A stretch of 53,354 bases of DNA from a virus (Duplodnaviria > Caudoviricetes). The stretch is taken from the IMG/VR virus record IMGVR_UViG_3300022752_000098, positions 1-53,354 of that record. One strand, 5' to 3'. The notes beneath the pieces were generated by a model that saw only the letters and a program-made list of their open reading frames with translations, ran no database searches and was not told where the DNA came from. This document shows positions 16,979 to 25,021 of the stretch, in pieces (position 1 is the stretch's first letter; the number at the start of each line of letters is the position of its first letter). The translations under genes and the position numbers were made by a program.

Positions 16979-18186
16979 TGGCTGAATCACAAAAACCAAT
17001 GGCGTTTCTTGAAACTCTTGATAAGACGCAAGAAAAATTTGCAGATGAGATTATTGAAAAGTCTAAAATGAAAGGCATGGATCCTCGCCTTAGTTTGGCT
17101 TTGGTCTATCGAGAGAGCAAGTTTGATCCCAACGCTGTAGGTGGAGTTGGTGAGATTGGTCTTTTTCAAGTCAAGCCTTCTACTGGCAAGTTGATGGGTT
17201 ATTCGGAAAAAGATCTTAGAAATCCTTCCAAAAACATTGATGCTGGGTTGCAGTATTTAAACCAGAACTTGATCAAGTTCAATGATCCAGTGCTGGCTGT
17301 GGCTGGGTACAACGCAGGCCCTGACCACCCGTACTTTGCAGACCCCAAGATTCCTTTGCCTGAGAGCACGGTTAATTACGTCAGAGACATCAAAGATCTT
17401 GGTGGGTTTACTGAGACACCTAAAGAAGACACATCACCTCCTCCCCCTCCTCCTTCAGAGCCTGCGTCAGAGGATGACCTGCGCAAGCAAAAAGCCGCCA
17501 TGATTGGTGGGTTAGGTGGGTTTGGTGCGGGTGCGGCTCAGACGATGTTTGGTGGTGGTGGGCAAGGTGGTGTGACGACGAACGCGCAGACCCCCGGCGG
17601 GCGCTACGCCGCCAAGACTGGTTACGGCATAGGAGAAGGCTCCACCAAAGAGGTTATAGATCGCTACAAGAGGTTTGCGCCACAACCCTTGGGTGAGCAG
17701 ATGTTGGCTGATCCTAAGAAGAGCTCCATGGGGGCAGGCCCTCGGAGCTTGCAGGTGGTGCCCGGGACTGTTGCGCCGCTCTCCATCAACAGACAGGTTC
17801 CTACTCCACCTCCAACTCCCACGCTTCAAAACATACGTCAAGGCGCGCAGGCTATGGGGAATGTGATGGGGAGGATCCCCGTGGTGCCCGGAGTCCTTGG
17901 CGGAGCCACCACAGGCTACCAAGGTCAGGAAGCATTTGATCGTTACCAAAAGGGTGACATGACAGGAGCTACCATCGCTGGTATGGGCGCTCTAGGAGGG
18001 CTTGCATCAATGGTTCCTCACCCAGCTACCAGAGCACTCGGTGCTCTGGTAGCTACGGTCTCTCCTGCCGCTCTAGCGGTGCTTGACAAGATGCGTACAA
18101 TGAACCAACAACCCAAGGTTCCTGCATCGCCTGAAGAATTACAGAATGCAAAAAATCCTGCTTTCATGTATCCTAGCATCCGTTGA
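16978..18186 (+). CDS. Virion-associated lytic transglycosylase (SLT domain) ejection protein
   Basis: RESKFDPNA (catalytic Glu), GEIGLFQV, NIDAGLQYL, AVAGYNAG, TVNYV. Confidence 0.85.
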   Translation: MAESQKPMAFLETLDKTQEKFADEIIEKSKMKGMDPRLSLALVYRESKFDPNAVGGVGEIGLFQVKPSTGKLMGYSEKDLRNPSKNIDAGLQYLNQNLIKFNDPVLAVAGYNAGPDHPYFADPKIPLPESTVNYVRDIKDLGGFTETPKEDTSPPPPPPSEPASEDDLRKQKAAMIGGLGGFGAGAAQTMFGGGGQGGVTTNAQTPGGRYAAKTGYGIGEGSTKEVIDRYKRFAPQPLGEQMLADPKKSSMGAGPRSLQVVPGTVAPLSINRQVPTPPPTPTLQNIRQGAQAMGNVMGRIPVVPGVLGGATTGYQGQEAFDRYQKGDMTGATIAGMGALGGLASMVPHPATRALGALVATVSPAALAVLDKMRTMNQQPKVPASPEELQNAKNPAFMYPSIR

Positions 18187-18227
18187 GTTGTCCTTTCATA
18201 GAGCTAAACGCAGTTGCCTATGAATTT

Positions 18228-18258
18228 GCCCTCCCCTAATACGGGAGGGCTTTTTTTT
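18228..18258 (+). terminator. Rho-independent terminator at the convergence of late and early operons
   Basis: GCCCTCCC-7 nt-GGGAGGGC followed by T8. Confidence 0.9.
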
Positions 18259-18481
18259 ACAGCTCTTGCTCAAACCTCTTAGCATCCACAAGGTCGTCAA
18301 ACTCGTGGCATTCCTTACGGTCTCTAGGGTTTTCATTGAACTCTGGTTTGGCAAAGTCCCTGACCACGTAGTACCGCTGAGCGTCCTCTGACCAAGCTTT
18401 GATTTGATCAAGAAAGATTGGAAGCTGGGAGGGCTTCCAGTCCTCGCCGAACAGCTCATTGACAAACTGCTTAGGCGTCAT
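18257..18481 (-). CDS. Hypothetical protein
   Basis: 74 aa, ATGA-coupled; last gene of the leftward operon. Confidence 0.65.
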   Translation of the reverse strand: MTPKQFVNELFGEDWKPSQLPIFLDQIKAWSEDAQRYYVVRDFAKPEFNENPRDRKECHEFDDLVDAKRFEQEL

Positions 18482-18705
18482 AGGTTCTCGCGGTATTCAC
18501 CAAGGGCGCGAGCTACGTTGGTGTTGAGCGAGTTAACAAACTTGATGCACATGTCGCGCTCTGTTTTAACAATAGCAGGCATAGCCGCCATGATGAAGCC
18601 GTCAGCCAGATTCTGAAGATCTTCCTCGAGAAAGTTATAGTTTTCCTCAAGTTGGATCTTAAAAAAGGCTTGTTTGATGTCGTCTGGGGTTAGATAGGGG
18701 TTCAT
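18478..18705 (-). CDS. Hypothetical protein
   Basis: 75 aa, ATGA overlaps on both sides. Confidence 0.65.
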   Translation of the reverse strand: MNPYLTPDDIKQAFFKIQLEENYNFLEEDLQNLADGFIMAAMPAIVKTERDMCIKFVNSLNTNVARALGEYRENL

Positions 18706-19463
18706 GTGTGTTTGTTTTTTGCTTGCCAGTATTTGAGGAGGTGATAAAACATCTCCTCCCCGCGTTCGAGGTCTTCTTCAGACCATTCTTTGGTGACGCA
18801 GAGCCCGGGCTCCGTGACCGACACAAAGACGTTTGCGCATCTTGCACGAGGAAGATTTACCCCCAAGCGATAAGCGGCTAATTGCATCAGGTGCTCGTCA
18901 TAAACGTCCACCTTGTTTGGATCTGTGAATTCCTTTGTTTTAAAGTCAATCACCACGCCATCGCCGTCTTCGGTGTGTAGGTCTAGCTTGCCTCCAAACC
19001 CTAGCTCATTGGCGAAGGACTTCTCAGCAACCCACGTAGGCTCACCAAAGTGCTTCTTGACCTCCTCACCTACACCCAATTGGTACTCGACCATGTTAGC
19101 GATCATGACGCCTTCGTACCAGCTCTCAAGCGCTGTGTGCACCTCTGTACCGCGCTGGGCGGCGGCGCGAGCGTGTTCCTTGGAGTCTTTGATGACCCGC
19201 TGGACGTAGAGGTCTTCTGCCTCATCTGGCGCCCTTGGGAGGGTCATGGCGGCGAGCATCATTTGGTTGAGCTTCCACGCCTCGAGACCCGGCTTCGCGG
19301 CACAGCCAATGATCGTTGTTACCGATGGCACAAGATCTAGCTTGCGCGCATCCGCTAGTGTAGTGTTGCGTAGATTCCCGTTCTTGGCTTCTACGGTGTA
19401 TTTTGGTGCACCTTGGCGAGTGTACCAATGGGAGCTTTCACTTGCTCGTACAGTTATTGACAT
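18702..19463 (-). CDS. PD-(D/E)XK (Cas4/RecB-like) exonuclease
   Basis: PSVTTII, RGTEVH, E...GGKLDL...IDFKT, QLAAY motifs. Confidence 0.85.
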   Translation of the reverse strand: MSITVRASESSHWYTRQGAPKYTVEAKNGNLRNTTLADARKLDLVPSVTTIIGCAAKPGLEAWKLNQMMLAAMTLPRAPDEAEDLYVQRVIKDSKEHARAAAQRGTEVHTALESWYEGVMIANMVEYQLGVGEEVKKHFGEPTWVAEKSFANELGFGGKLDLHTEDGDGVVIDFKTKEFTDPNKVDVYDEHLMQLAAYRLGVNLPRARCANVFVSVTEPGLCVTKEWSEEDLERGEEMFYHLLKYWQAKNKHT

Positions 19464-19471
19464 TTTGTCCT

Positions 19472-19834
19472 TCAGTGGTTAATTTTTGATCGCCAGACAT
19501 TGAGCTTCATGCCGTGCACCTTGCGGCTTTCGGCTGTAGTGATGCCTGCGTACTCGATGACGTTGTTCTTTTTTGCCATGTTCACAATGTGCCCCCAAGC
19601 GCGAGGCTCAGGTGGTGGGGGAACGTCTAAGCTGTCACGCCTAACTTGCTCTGTGGTGAACTCATGGTGCAACTTTGCGTACTGAACAAACGTCTCGTAG
19701 GCAATTGTTTTCCATTCTTCGCCAGCGTTATCAGCCGCAACCTTTGCCAAGGCGTGGCCAAGCTGTAAACCCGTAGGTGGGGGCAGATGCCCCCCAAACA
19801 GGTCAAGTGTTAATTCGTCCCGTTCGTTTTTCAT
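19472..19834 (-). CDS. Hypothetical protein (possible winged HTH)
   Basis: ATG 19834; FTTEQVR...PEPRAWG...VWRS. Confidence 0.6.
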   Translation of the reverse strand: MKNERDELTLDLFGGHLPPPTGLQLGHALAKVAADNAGEEWKTIAYETFVQYAKLHHEFTTEQVRRDSLDVPPPPEPRAWGHIVNMAKKNNVIEYAGITTAESRKVHGMKLNVWRSKINH

Positions 19835-19836
19835 GA

Positions 19837-20262
19837 TCAGAACTCTTCCCTTAGCTCTTTGTGACGTTGTTTGTGGCAAGGCTCGCAGAGCCACATAACG
19901 TCAAGAGGTTTGTCGTAGTCTTCATGATGTGCAAGAGACTTAACTTCTGCACAACGAACACAAGGTTGCCGAATAAGTTCGCCAGCACGAATTGCTCTTG
20001 CAACGGCTGAGTGAGCCACTGTTCTGCGCTTGTCTTCAGCTCTCCAAGCCCTAGTAACTTCCGTTTGAAGCTTGAGTCTGTGTGGCAATTTGCCGCGCTC
20101 TCTGTCGTATTCACGAATTTTTTCAAGGTTTTTTTCACGGTGTTTCCCTACGTCGTTTTTGGTACAGGCCTTGCATTTATTCAAATAACCGTCGCCCATT
20201 TGTGAGTGTTTATAAAACTCTGTGAATGGCTTGACTGTTTTGCATTTAAAACATTCCTTCAT
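19837..20262 (-). mobile_element. HNH endonuclease with N-terminal Zn finger (putative homing endonuclease)
   Basis: CFKC..CKAC, CVRC, HHEDYDKPLDVMWLCEPCH. Confidence 0.75.
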
Positions 20263-20294
20263 GACGCACCTCCTTATGTTGATGCGCCATTATA
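20260..20294 (-). promoter_or_regulatory. Hairpin occluding RBS/AUG of the HNH gene, with overlapping TATAAT
   Basis: Minus strand: TATAATGGCGCATC-AACATAAGGA-GGTGCGTCAT(G); 10-bp stem with two G-U pairs. Confidence 0.65.
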
Positions 20295-20304
20295 CCCGTT
20301 CTAA

Positions 20305-20973
20305 TCAAAAAGGAAGGTCATCCTCCATATCATCAAAGCCAGAGCCAGATGAGCCTGAAGCCGCTTTAACGGCGTTTTGGGCGGGTTTTTTGGCTTGCTT
20401 AGCCTGCCACTCAGGTGAAGCCTGAATTTTCTCCTTGAGCCCTTTACCGAACGTCTCAAAAAGATCGTAGTCGGGCTCAGCCAAACGGAAGATTTGGTTG
20501 GGGTTTACGGCAGGGGGTAAGCCAGCTTGTTTGACAATGGGTGGGACGGGAGAGATGCTACCAACGTTGGAGTACATCTTGCCGTTCTTGCCCGGTCTCT
20601 GGATCACGTTCAACATGCACCAAGCCCCAAGGATGGAGGAGATGTCAAAGCGGCGCATCTCTTCCTCTGTAAACGGCTTGTTTCTCCAACCTTGCAGGTC
20701 AGTGCGCAAGTTAGCCTTCTCGTTCCAGCTTAGTGTGTAATTCTTGAAGATGGCTAGAGGGTTACCAGTGTTGGTGACCAGCTCGTTGCCGCTGTCGTCT
20801 TTGCCATGGAGCTCCCAGCCCAGCATGATCTTGCGCTGTTGCTTTGTCTCGCCCATGTATTCGACTGTTTGAGTTCCAAGGTCAACGATGCGATAGCAAC
20901 GCGCCAAGTGAAGCCCTGCGGGTACTGGGGTGAACTCACCGCCAGTGGATGTGTTTTCTACAATAAATGTCAT
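20305..20973 (-). CDS. ssDNA-binding/annealing-type protein
   Basis: PAGLHLARCYRIVDLGTQ OB-like start; acidic DDMEDDLPF C-terminal tail; near the exonuclease. Confidence 0.7.
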   Translation of the reverse strand: MTFIVENTSTGGEFTPVPAGLHLARCYRIVDLGTQTVEYMGETKQQRKIMLGWELHGKDDSGNELVTNTGNPLAIFKNYTLSWNEKANLRTDLQGWRNKPFTEEEMRRFDISSILGAWCMLNVIQRPGKNGKMYSNVGSISPVPPIVKQAGLPPAVNPNQIFRLAEPDYDLFETFGKGLKEKIQASPEWQAKQAKKPAQNAVKAASGSSGSGFDDMEDDLPF

Positions 20974-21134
20974 GATTTTTCCTTAAAAATTTCGTTAAAT
21001 TGGCTAGTAAATTGGTTAATAAATTCGTCAAGTATTGGGCTGTTTTTCTTTGCCTCCTCAAGTAAATATTTGCTGTATTCCTGTTGTTCAACAGGGTCGT
21101 TTTTCCATTGTTCGTACTCTTGATTTGTTGCCAT
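20970..21134 (-). CDS. Hypothetical protein (54 aa, not in the ORF track)
   Basis: MATNQEYEQWKNDP...IFKEKS*; ATGA overlap with the SSB-like gene. Confidence 0.6.
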   Translation of the reverse strand: MATNQEYEQWKNDPVEQQEYSKYLLEEAKKNSPILDEFINQFTSQFNEIFKEKS

Positions 21135-21142
21135 GGTTATTC

Positions 21143-21352
21143 TCAATCTGAGTCTCCAAAAAATAATGCCATACCCACGTAGTCAGGAAGCTTCATGCCG
21201 CCGTTGTAGATGTGGTTGATGTCAATGTTCTCGTTCATGCCTTCGGCAATGCCAGCGTAGTAATGAAGCTGTTCTGTGTTCCAGTCCAGCACCATCAAAA
21301 AGCCAAGCCGTCCCTTACTCGTGTCATACCAAATTGTGTCCTGTAGGTTCAT
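21143..21352 (-). CDS. Hypothetical protein
   Basis: 69 aa, coupled to the upstream gene. Confidence 0.6.
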   Translation of the reverse strand: MNLQDTIWYDTSKGRLGFLMVLDWNTEQLHYYAGIAEGMNENIDINHIYNGGMKLPDYVGMALFFGDSD

Positions 21353-22242
21353 TGTGTTTCCAATGCATATATTTTGTTAATCTTTGAACCGATACCAGCA
21401 TTCACAACTGTTGAGTTCACCCAAGTATTGCCTATTGGTAACCTACGAATATGACCACGACGAAGGTGCTCTCTGGGTGATCTATGGCTTGCATCACCAA
21501 AGCCCTTGGCGGATTTTGATTGACTTGCAACTGTCAAGACGTGATAGTCATTAAAGGGTAGCGCTCCTCGCTTCATTGCCCCTTTATTCATCTTGCGCTG
21601 TGGAAGTGATTCAATGCCCACATTCTTGCAAGACAGTGCTTCTATTAAACCCATCACCGAGTTGCACTCGTCCATCATGTCGCAGTAGGCGTTTTCTTGC
21701 CATTTTTCCCCAAAATGTTTTTCAGCCAAACCACAAGTGTCGTGAAAATACACGCCCAATTTTTCAACTGATTTGCTACCAAGTACTTTTTCAAGCTGGT
21801 CATCTTTTATAAAATCGTCTTCTTTGGCGTTTGTTAACACACAAGCTAAATACGGTTGAATTTGCCAGCGTTCAATTAAATTAACATTGAAGCAAACCAT
21901 TGACGCAACGGTAATTACATCTTGATGTTGCGATGCAATAACAATTCTTTTTCTTGCTGGCGAGACTTTGGTGGCTCCAAAATATTTTTCTGAAATACCA
22001 CCCTTATTGGTACATTCATATTCAATGACAATTGATTCATATGGGAGTTTGATAATTTCAGGCAAAGCGGCAAGTTCGGTGTCAAAAATTTTGCCGTTTT
22101 CTGGCATAACAAACTTAACTGCGTTGAAAGCCGTATGGAAGATTGTTTTGACAAAACTTTCATATTCGTCAGTGTCACAAATTCTTTTGTATGAACCAAG
22201 GATAGATGGCGCGGCTTTGCGCAAGTAATCATGTGGTTGCAT
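21349..22242 (-). CDS. Hypothetical protein with C-terminal SPREHLRRGHIRRL motif; AT-rich
   Basis: ATG 22242 overlaps the upstream TGA; HxRRGHxR motif. Confidence 0.65.
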   Translation of the reverse strand: MQPHDYLRKAAPSILGSYKRICDTDEYESFVKTIFHTAFNAVKFVMPENGKIFDTELAALPEIIKLPYESIVIEYECTNKGGISEKYFGATKVSPARKRIVIASQHQDVITVASMVCFNVNLIERWQIQPYLACVLTNAKEDDFIKDDQLEKVLGSKSVEKLGVYFHDTCGLAEKHFGEKWQENAYCDMMDECNSVMGLIEALSCKNVGIESLPQRKMNKGAMKRGALPFNDYHVLTVASQSKSAKGFGDASHRSPREHLRRGHIRRLPIGNTWVNSTVVNAGIGSKINKIYALETQ

Positions 22243-22340
22243 CAAGGTCTCCAAATAAACACATCAAGGGCCAAGATGACTGCGCCAATGGCAAACAGGA
22301 TCACATTGACGGTGAGGGTGCGGAATTCTTTGTCGGTCAT
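22242..22340 (-). CDS. 32-aa membrane peptide (not in the ORF track)
   Basis: MTDKEFRTLTVNVILFAIGAVILALDVFIWRP*; coupled on both sides. Confidence 0.55.
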   Translation of the reverse strand: MTDKEFRTLTVNVILFAIGAVILALDVFIWRP

Positions 22341-22570
22341 GCTTTTCTCGCTTTCAGCATGGCATCTGCAATTGAATAAGATTCTTCCGCAATGATTGGA
22401 AAAAATTCATCCCAATCGGCATAGTCATCGTTATCAGTTTCAAACTGAGTTCTTCGATGAGAAGCCATAGTTTGCATAGCTTTAGCCGCAAAGTAATCAC
22501 GCAAAGTCATGCCTTCAATTTTTTCTTTGTACATATTTTCATGTGGGAATGCGTACTCTTTTTTCATCAC
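22337..22570 (-). CDS. Hypothetical phage protein (GMTLRDYFAAKAMQ family)
   Basis: GMTLRDYFAAKAMQ...IADAMLKAR motif. Confidence 0.75.
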   Translation of the reverse strand: MMKKEYAFPHENMYKEKIEGMTLRDYFAAKAMQTMASHRRTQFETDNDDYADWDEFFPIIAEESYSIADAMLKARKA

Positions 22571-22785
22571 AAATCCAATGCAAAAAGGGTTGTGAAGATA
22601 GCGAACAAGAAGACCATGTACGCAACCCAGCCATAGACACGGCGCTCTGAGAACTCAGGCTCAATGCCAAGCAGAGCCATCTGAATGCGTTCAGCATCAG
22701 CGCTCATGTAGTTTTTGGGGGGAGGGCTGTACATACAGCCAATGCGAAGACCAGACTTGGTCGTGAGGGGAAGGTGTTTTTCCAT
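22567..22785 (-). CDS. First gene of the leftward early operon; C-terminal TM
   Basis: GGAG RBS before ATG 22785; TTKSGLRIGCMY.PP motif. Confidence 0.6.
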   Translation of the reverse strand: MEKHLPLTTKSGLRIGCMYSPPPKNYMSADAERIQMALLGIEPEFSERRVYGWVAYMVFLFAIFTTLFALDL

Positions 22786-22820
22786 TTGATTCTCCATAAC
22801 CGCCGTATCGGCGTGCACGA

Positions 22821-22850
22821 ATCTTAACACGATGTTAAAAACCATTGCAA
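22821..22850 (-). promoter_or_regulatory. Leftward early promoter with overlapping TTAAC-N5-GTTAA palindrome
   Basis: Minus strand TTGCAA-18 nt-TAAGAT with extended -10 TG; palindrome at 22824-22838. Confidence 0.6.
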
Positions 22851-22874
22851 CACAATCCTGAGTAAGTTGTGGGG

Positions 22875-22903
22875 TTTCTTTTAATTCAAAGTTAATGTAT
22901 ACT
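22875..22903 (+). promoter_or_regulatory. Rightward promoter with operator-like TTAAT-N5-GTTAA
   Basis: -10 TATACT at 22898-22903, weak -35; predicted start ~22909-22910 coincides with the first RNA stem. Confidence 0.5.
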
Positions 22904-22908
22904 CTGCC

Positions 22909-23284
22909 GCGTTGGTGGTGTATTGGGTTAGCGCCGATACAGACTTAACCGTCGGACGAAACGCTTAAAAGCACACTGCTTTATGTGAGCCACCAACGCC
23001 AACACGCATGGGGATTGACTCGGCAACCAAGGTAGGCGTGGGCTGGAACGATAAGCCCGTTACCACGCACAGTCCCCAGCCGTGTTGATGGATGCATACA
23101 TCAATCGTCTTGGACACGCAGACGTTAACGTGAGGTGGATCTCGGTGGAATCCCGAGAGCTAACATGCATGGGGATTGTCCTCTGGGGGTTCCCGGAGGC
23201 CCGGAACAGTCCCCAGCCGTGTTGGCGAACTGTAGTGGAGTGCAACCCCTCATAGTTGTATCTAAAACACGCTGATCGCCAACA
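22909..23284 (+). ncRNA. Array of structured RNA elements in the cro leader
   Basis: 10-bp stem 22909-22918/22990-22999; two cassettes AACA(C/T)GCATGGGGATTG...ACAGTCCCCAGCCGTGTTG (23000-23087, 23159-23226); further hairpins; no credible CDS. Confidence 0.7.
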
Positions 23285-23300
23285 AACAATTAAGGACACG

Positions 23301-23504
23301 ATGACATTGCGGGAGTATTTTGAGTCGGAGCCGTTGGGCGCACGTGGTGAGATGGCTAAGTATTTGGGCATTAGCCTGACATGGATGTCGCTGTTAATCC
23401 ATGAGCGTAGAACTGCGTCTGCCGCTTTGGCGGTAAAGATTGAGAAAGCAACTCAAGGGCTGGTCACAAGAAAAGACTTGCGTCCAGATTTGTTTTTCGT
23501 GTAA
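23301..23504 (+). CDS. Cro/YdaS-like HTH regulator
   Basis: MAKYLGISLTWMS; IEKATQGLVTRKDLRPDL; AAGGA RBS. Confidence 0.8.
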   Translation: MTLREYFESEPLGARGEMAKYLGISLTWMSLLIHERRTASAALAVKIEKATQGLVTRKDLRPDLFFV

Positions 23505-23512
23505 CATAGTTT

Positions 23513-23607
23513 GAAACACGGCTAGGTTTGGGGTAGCTCCCCTTACCGAAAAGCGTCCCATCCCCGCCTGCCGCAGTTTCTTTAGGGATGTGAATTTTGG
23601 GATCGGT
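23513..23607 (+). promoter_or_regulatory. Structured 5' leader of the replication initiator gene
   Basis: GAAAC..CGGCTAGG / CCTGCCG..GTTTC outer stem, GGGG-TAGCT-CCCC inner hairpin, CATCCC complementary to downstream GGGATG. Confidence 0.55.
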
Positions 23608-24390
23608 ATGCACTACTATCAATTCAACATTGGTGACTATGCAAGTCACACCCGCCACCTCGATATGTACGAGGATTTGGCTTATCGTCGTTTGCTCGAC
23701 ATGTACTATCTTCACGAACGCCCGTTGAACGCCGATTCAACGGCTGTTGCCAAGCAAATTGGTATGCGGGAGAAGGTTCAAGTTGTTCAGGATGTCTTAA
23801 ATGAGTTTTTCCAACTTGGTGATGAGGGTTGGGTAAATGATCGTGCGGACAAAGAAATTAAGCATTTTCACTCAAAAATTGAGCAAGCTTCACGCGCCGG
23901 CAAAGCATCTGCTGAACGCAGGAGTAACGCCCGTTCAACGGACGTTCAACCAACCAATAAACAAGAACCAAGAACCAATAACCAAGAACCAAGTTTTACA
24001 GTATCTAAAGATACTGTTCGTCCGCCAGAAGGCGAACCAGAGGAAAAACCGAATCCCAAGTTACCCGGTTGTGATCACAAAGGTGTGTTGGCTCTTTACC
24101 ACTCTACTTTGCCAAACCTTCCTGTTATCGAGATTTGGAACGAGACCCGTGCTGGTTACTTAAGACAAAGATGGCGAGAGGTTGCGCTGGACTTATCCAA
24201 GGATGGCCCAGTTACCCATGCTGACATCATGGCTTGGTGGAAAACATTCTTCGAGCACATCAAGGGCTCAAAGTTCCTGACTGGACGAACACAGAGCAAA
24301 GACAAGCCGCCGTTCTTGGCTGACCTAGAGTGGGTCATCAAGCCAACCAACTTCGCAAAAATAATTGAAGGCAAATATCACAGGGATTGA
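23608..24390 (+). CDS. Replication initiator, YdaU/DUF1376 family
   Basis: MHYYQFNIGDY..HT.HL...EDLAYRRLLDMYY; C-terminal ADLEWVIKPTNFAKIIEGKY. Confidence 0.85.
   Translation: MHYYQFNIGDYASHTRHLDMYEDLAYRRLLDMYYLHERPLNADSTAVAKQIGMREKVQVVQDVLNEFFQLGDEGWVNDRADKEIKHFHSKIEQASRAGKASAERRSNARSTDVQPTNKQEPRTNNQEPSFTVSKDTVRPPEGEPEEKPNPKLPGCDHKGVLALYHSTLPNLPVIEIWNETRAGYLRQRWREVALDLSKDGPVTHADIMAWWKTFFEHIKGSKFLTGRTQSKDKPPFLADLEWVIKPTNFAKIIEGKYHRD
23914..23993. repeat. Putative replication origin iterons inside the initiator gene
   Basis: AACG recurring at 11-nt spacing (CGTTCAAC twice) then AACCAA(G/T) 7-mers; lambdoid origins lie in the initiator linker. Confidence 0.5.
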
Positions 24391-24392
24391 TC

Positions 24393-24806
24393 ATGGCATT
24401 AAAAAACTTTTCAAAATTCAACAAAACCGAAGCCGATGAAGGCCCAAACAACCACAACTGCTTTGCCAATGGTTGCCCTATGGCTGGCTCAATCTCAACT
24501 GGTGGACATTGGGTCTGTGCCTACCACCATCAATCCCTGCCAACGGAATGGCCTCGCGTGACAGAATCCCTGCGCGACTGCGAGAAGATTCGCCTTGCGA
24601 TCAATGAGGTGATGGTGATCGACATGATCTCTTGGGGCGCCAAGGTCAATGGTTACCCACCCAAGTGGCAAGAGTTTGCCGCACTGTTTGACAACGAGCC
24701 TGAGCTCCAGCCGAAAGAGCACGAGATAATTCGAAAAACTAAGTACGAGTACCGCCTGCGTAATGAGCTGGCTATTCGTGCGGGACTGGCAAAGAGGAAA
24801 GCATGA
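24393..24806 (+). CDS. Hypothetical Zn-binding protein after the initiator
   Basis: CFANGC...CAYH. Confidence 0.6.
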   Translation: MALKNFSKFNKTEADEGPNNHNCFANGCPMAGSISTGGHWVCAYHHQSLPTEWPRVTESLRDCEKIRLAINEVMVIDMISWGAKVNGYPPKWQEFAALFDNEPELQPKEHEIIRKTKYEYRLRNELAIRAGLAKRKA

Positions 24807-25021
24807 CAAAAGATGAAGCTCAAAAAATCCTCGACCAGATCCGCGAAGGGTTTGGCAATGCCTACACCGAGGCTTGCGCCATCGAATGTCTCTATCTCAC
24901 AGGAGACCTTGGAACACATGAGGCAGTGCGAAGCACGGGAGTGGATGAGACGATACGAGAAGAAAGCTATCGAGCTAGGCTCAGAGAGCGCGCGATTGTG
25001 GTGGGCAAAAGTAAAGAGTGA
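24803..25021 (+). CDS. Hypothetical protein
   Basis: ATGA-coupled; ECLYLTGDL. Confidence 0.5.
   Translation: MTKDEAQKILDQIREGFGNAYTEACAIECLYLTGDLGTHEAVRSTGVDETIREESYRARLRERAIVVGKSKE

Noticed and set aside
18702-19463. Cas4 as a sign of a CRISPR system
   Set aside because: Solo PD-(D/E)XK exonuclease in a recombination operon; lacks the Fe-S cysteine cluster; no other cas genes
22909-22999. Hammerhead or pistol ribozyme (GACGAAAC; stem-loop with TTAG)
   Set aside because: No CUGANGA core and no pistol pseudoknot or conserved 3' elements; kept only as an unknown structured RNA
23000-23226. Possible mini-CRISPR array or tRNA cluster
   Set aside because: The repeats are two different complementary flanks rather than one direct repeat; no cas genes; no cloverleaf or anticodon arm could be built
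23060-23371. 103-aa minus-strand ORF as a missing CI repressor
   Set aside because: No HTH or peptidase features; antisense to cro and the RNA array
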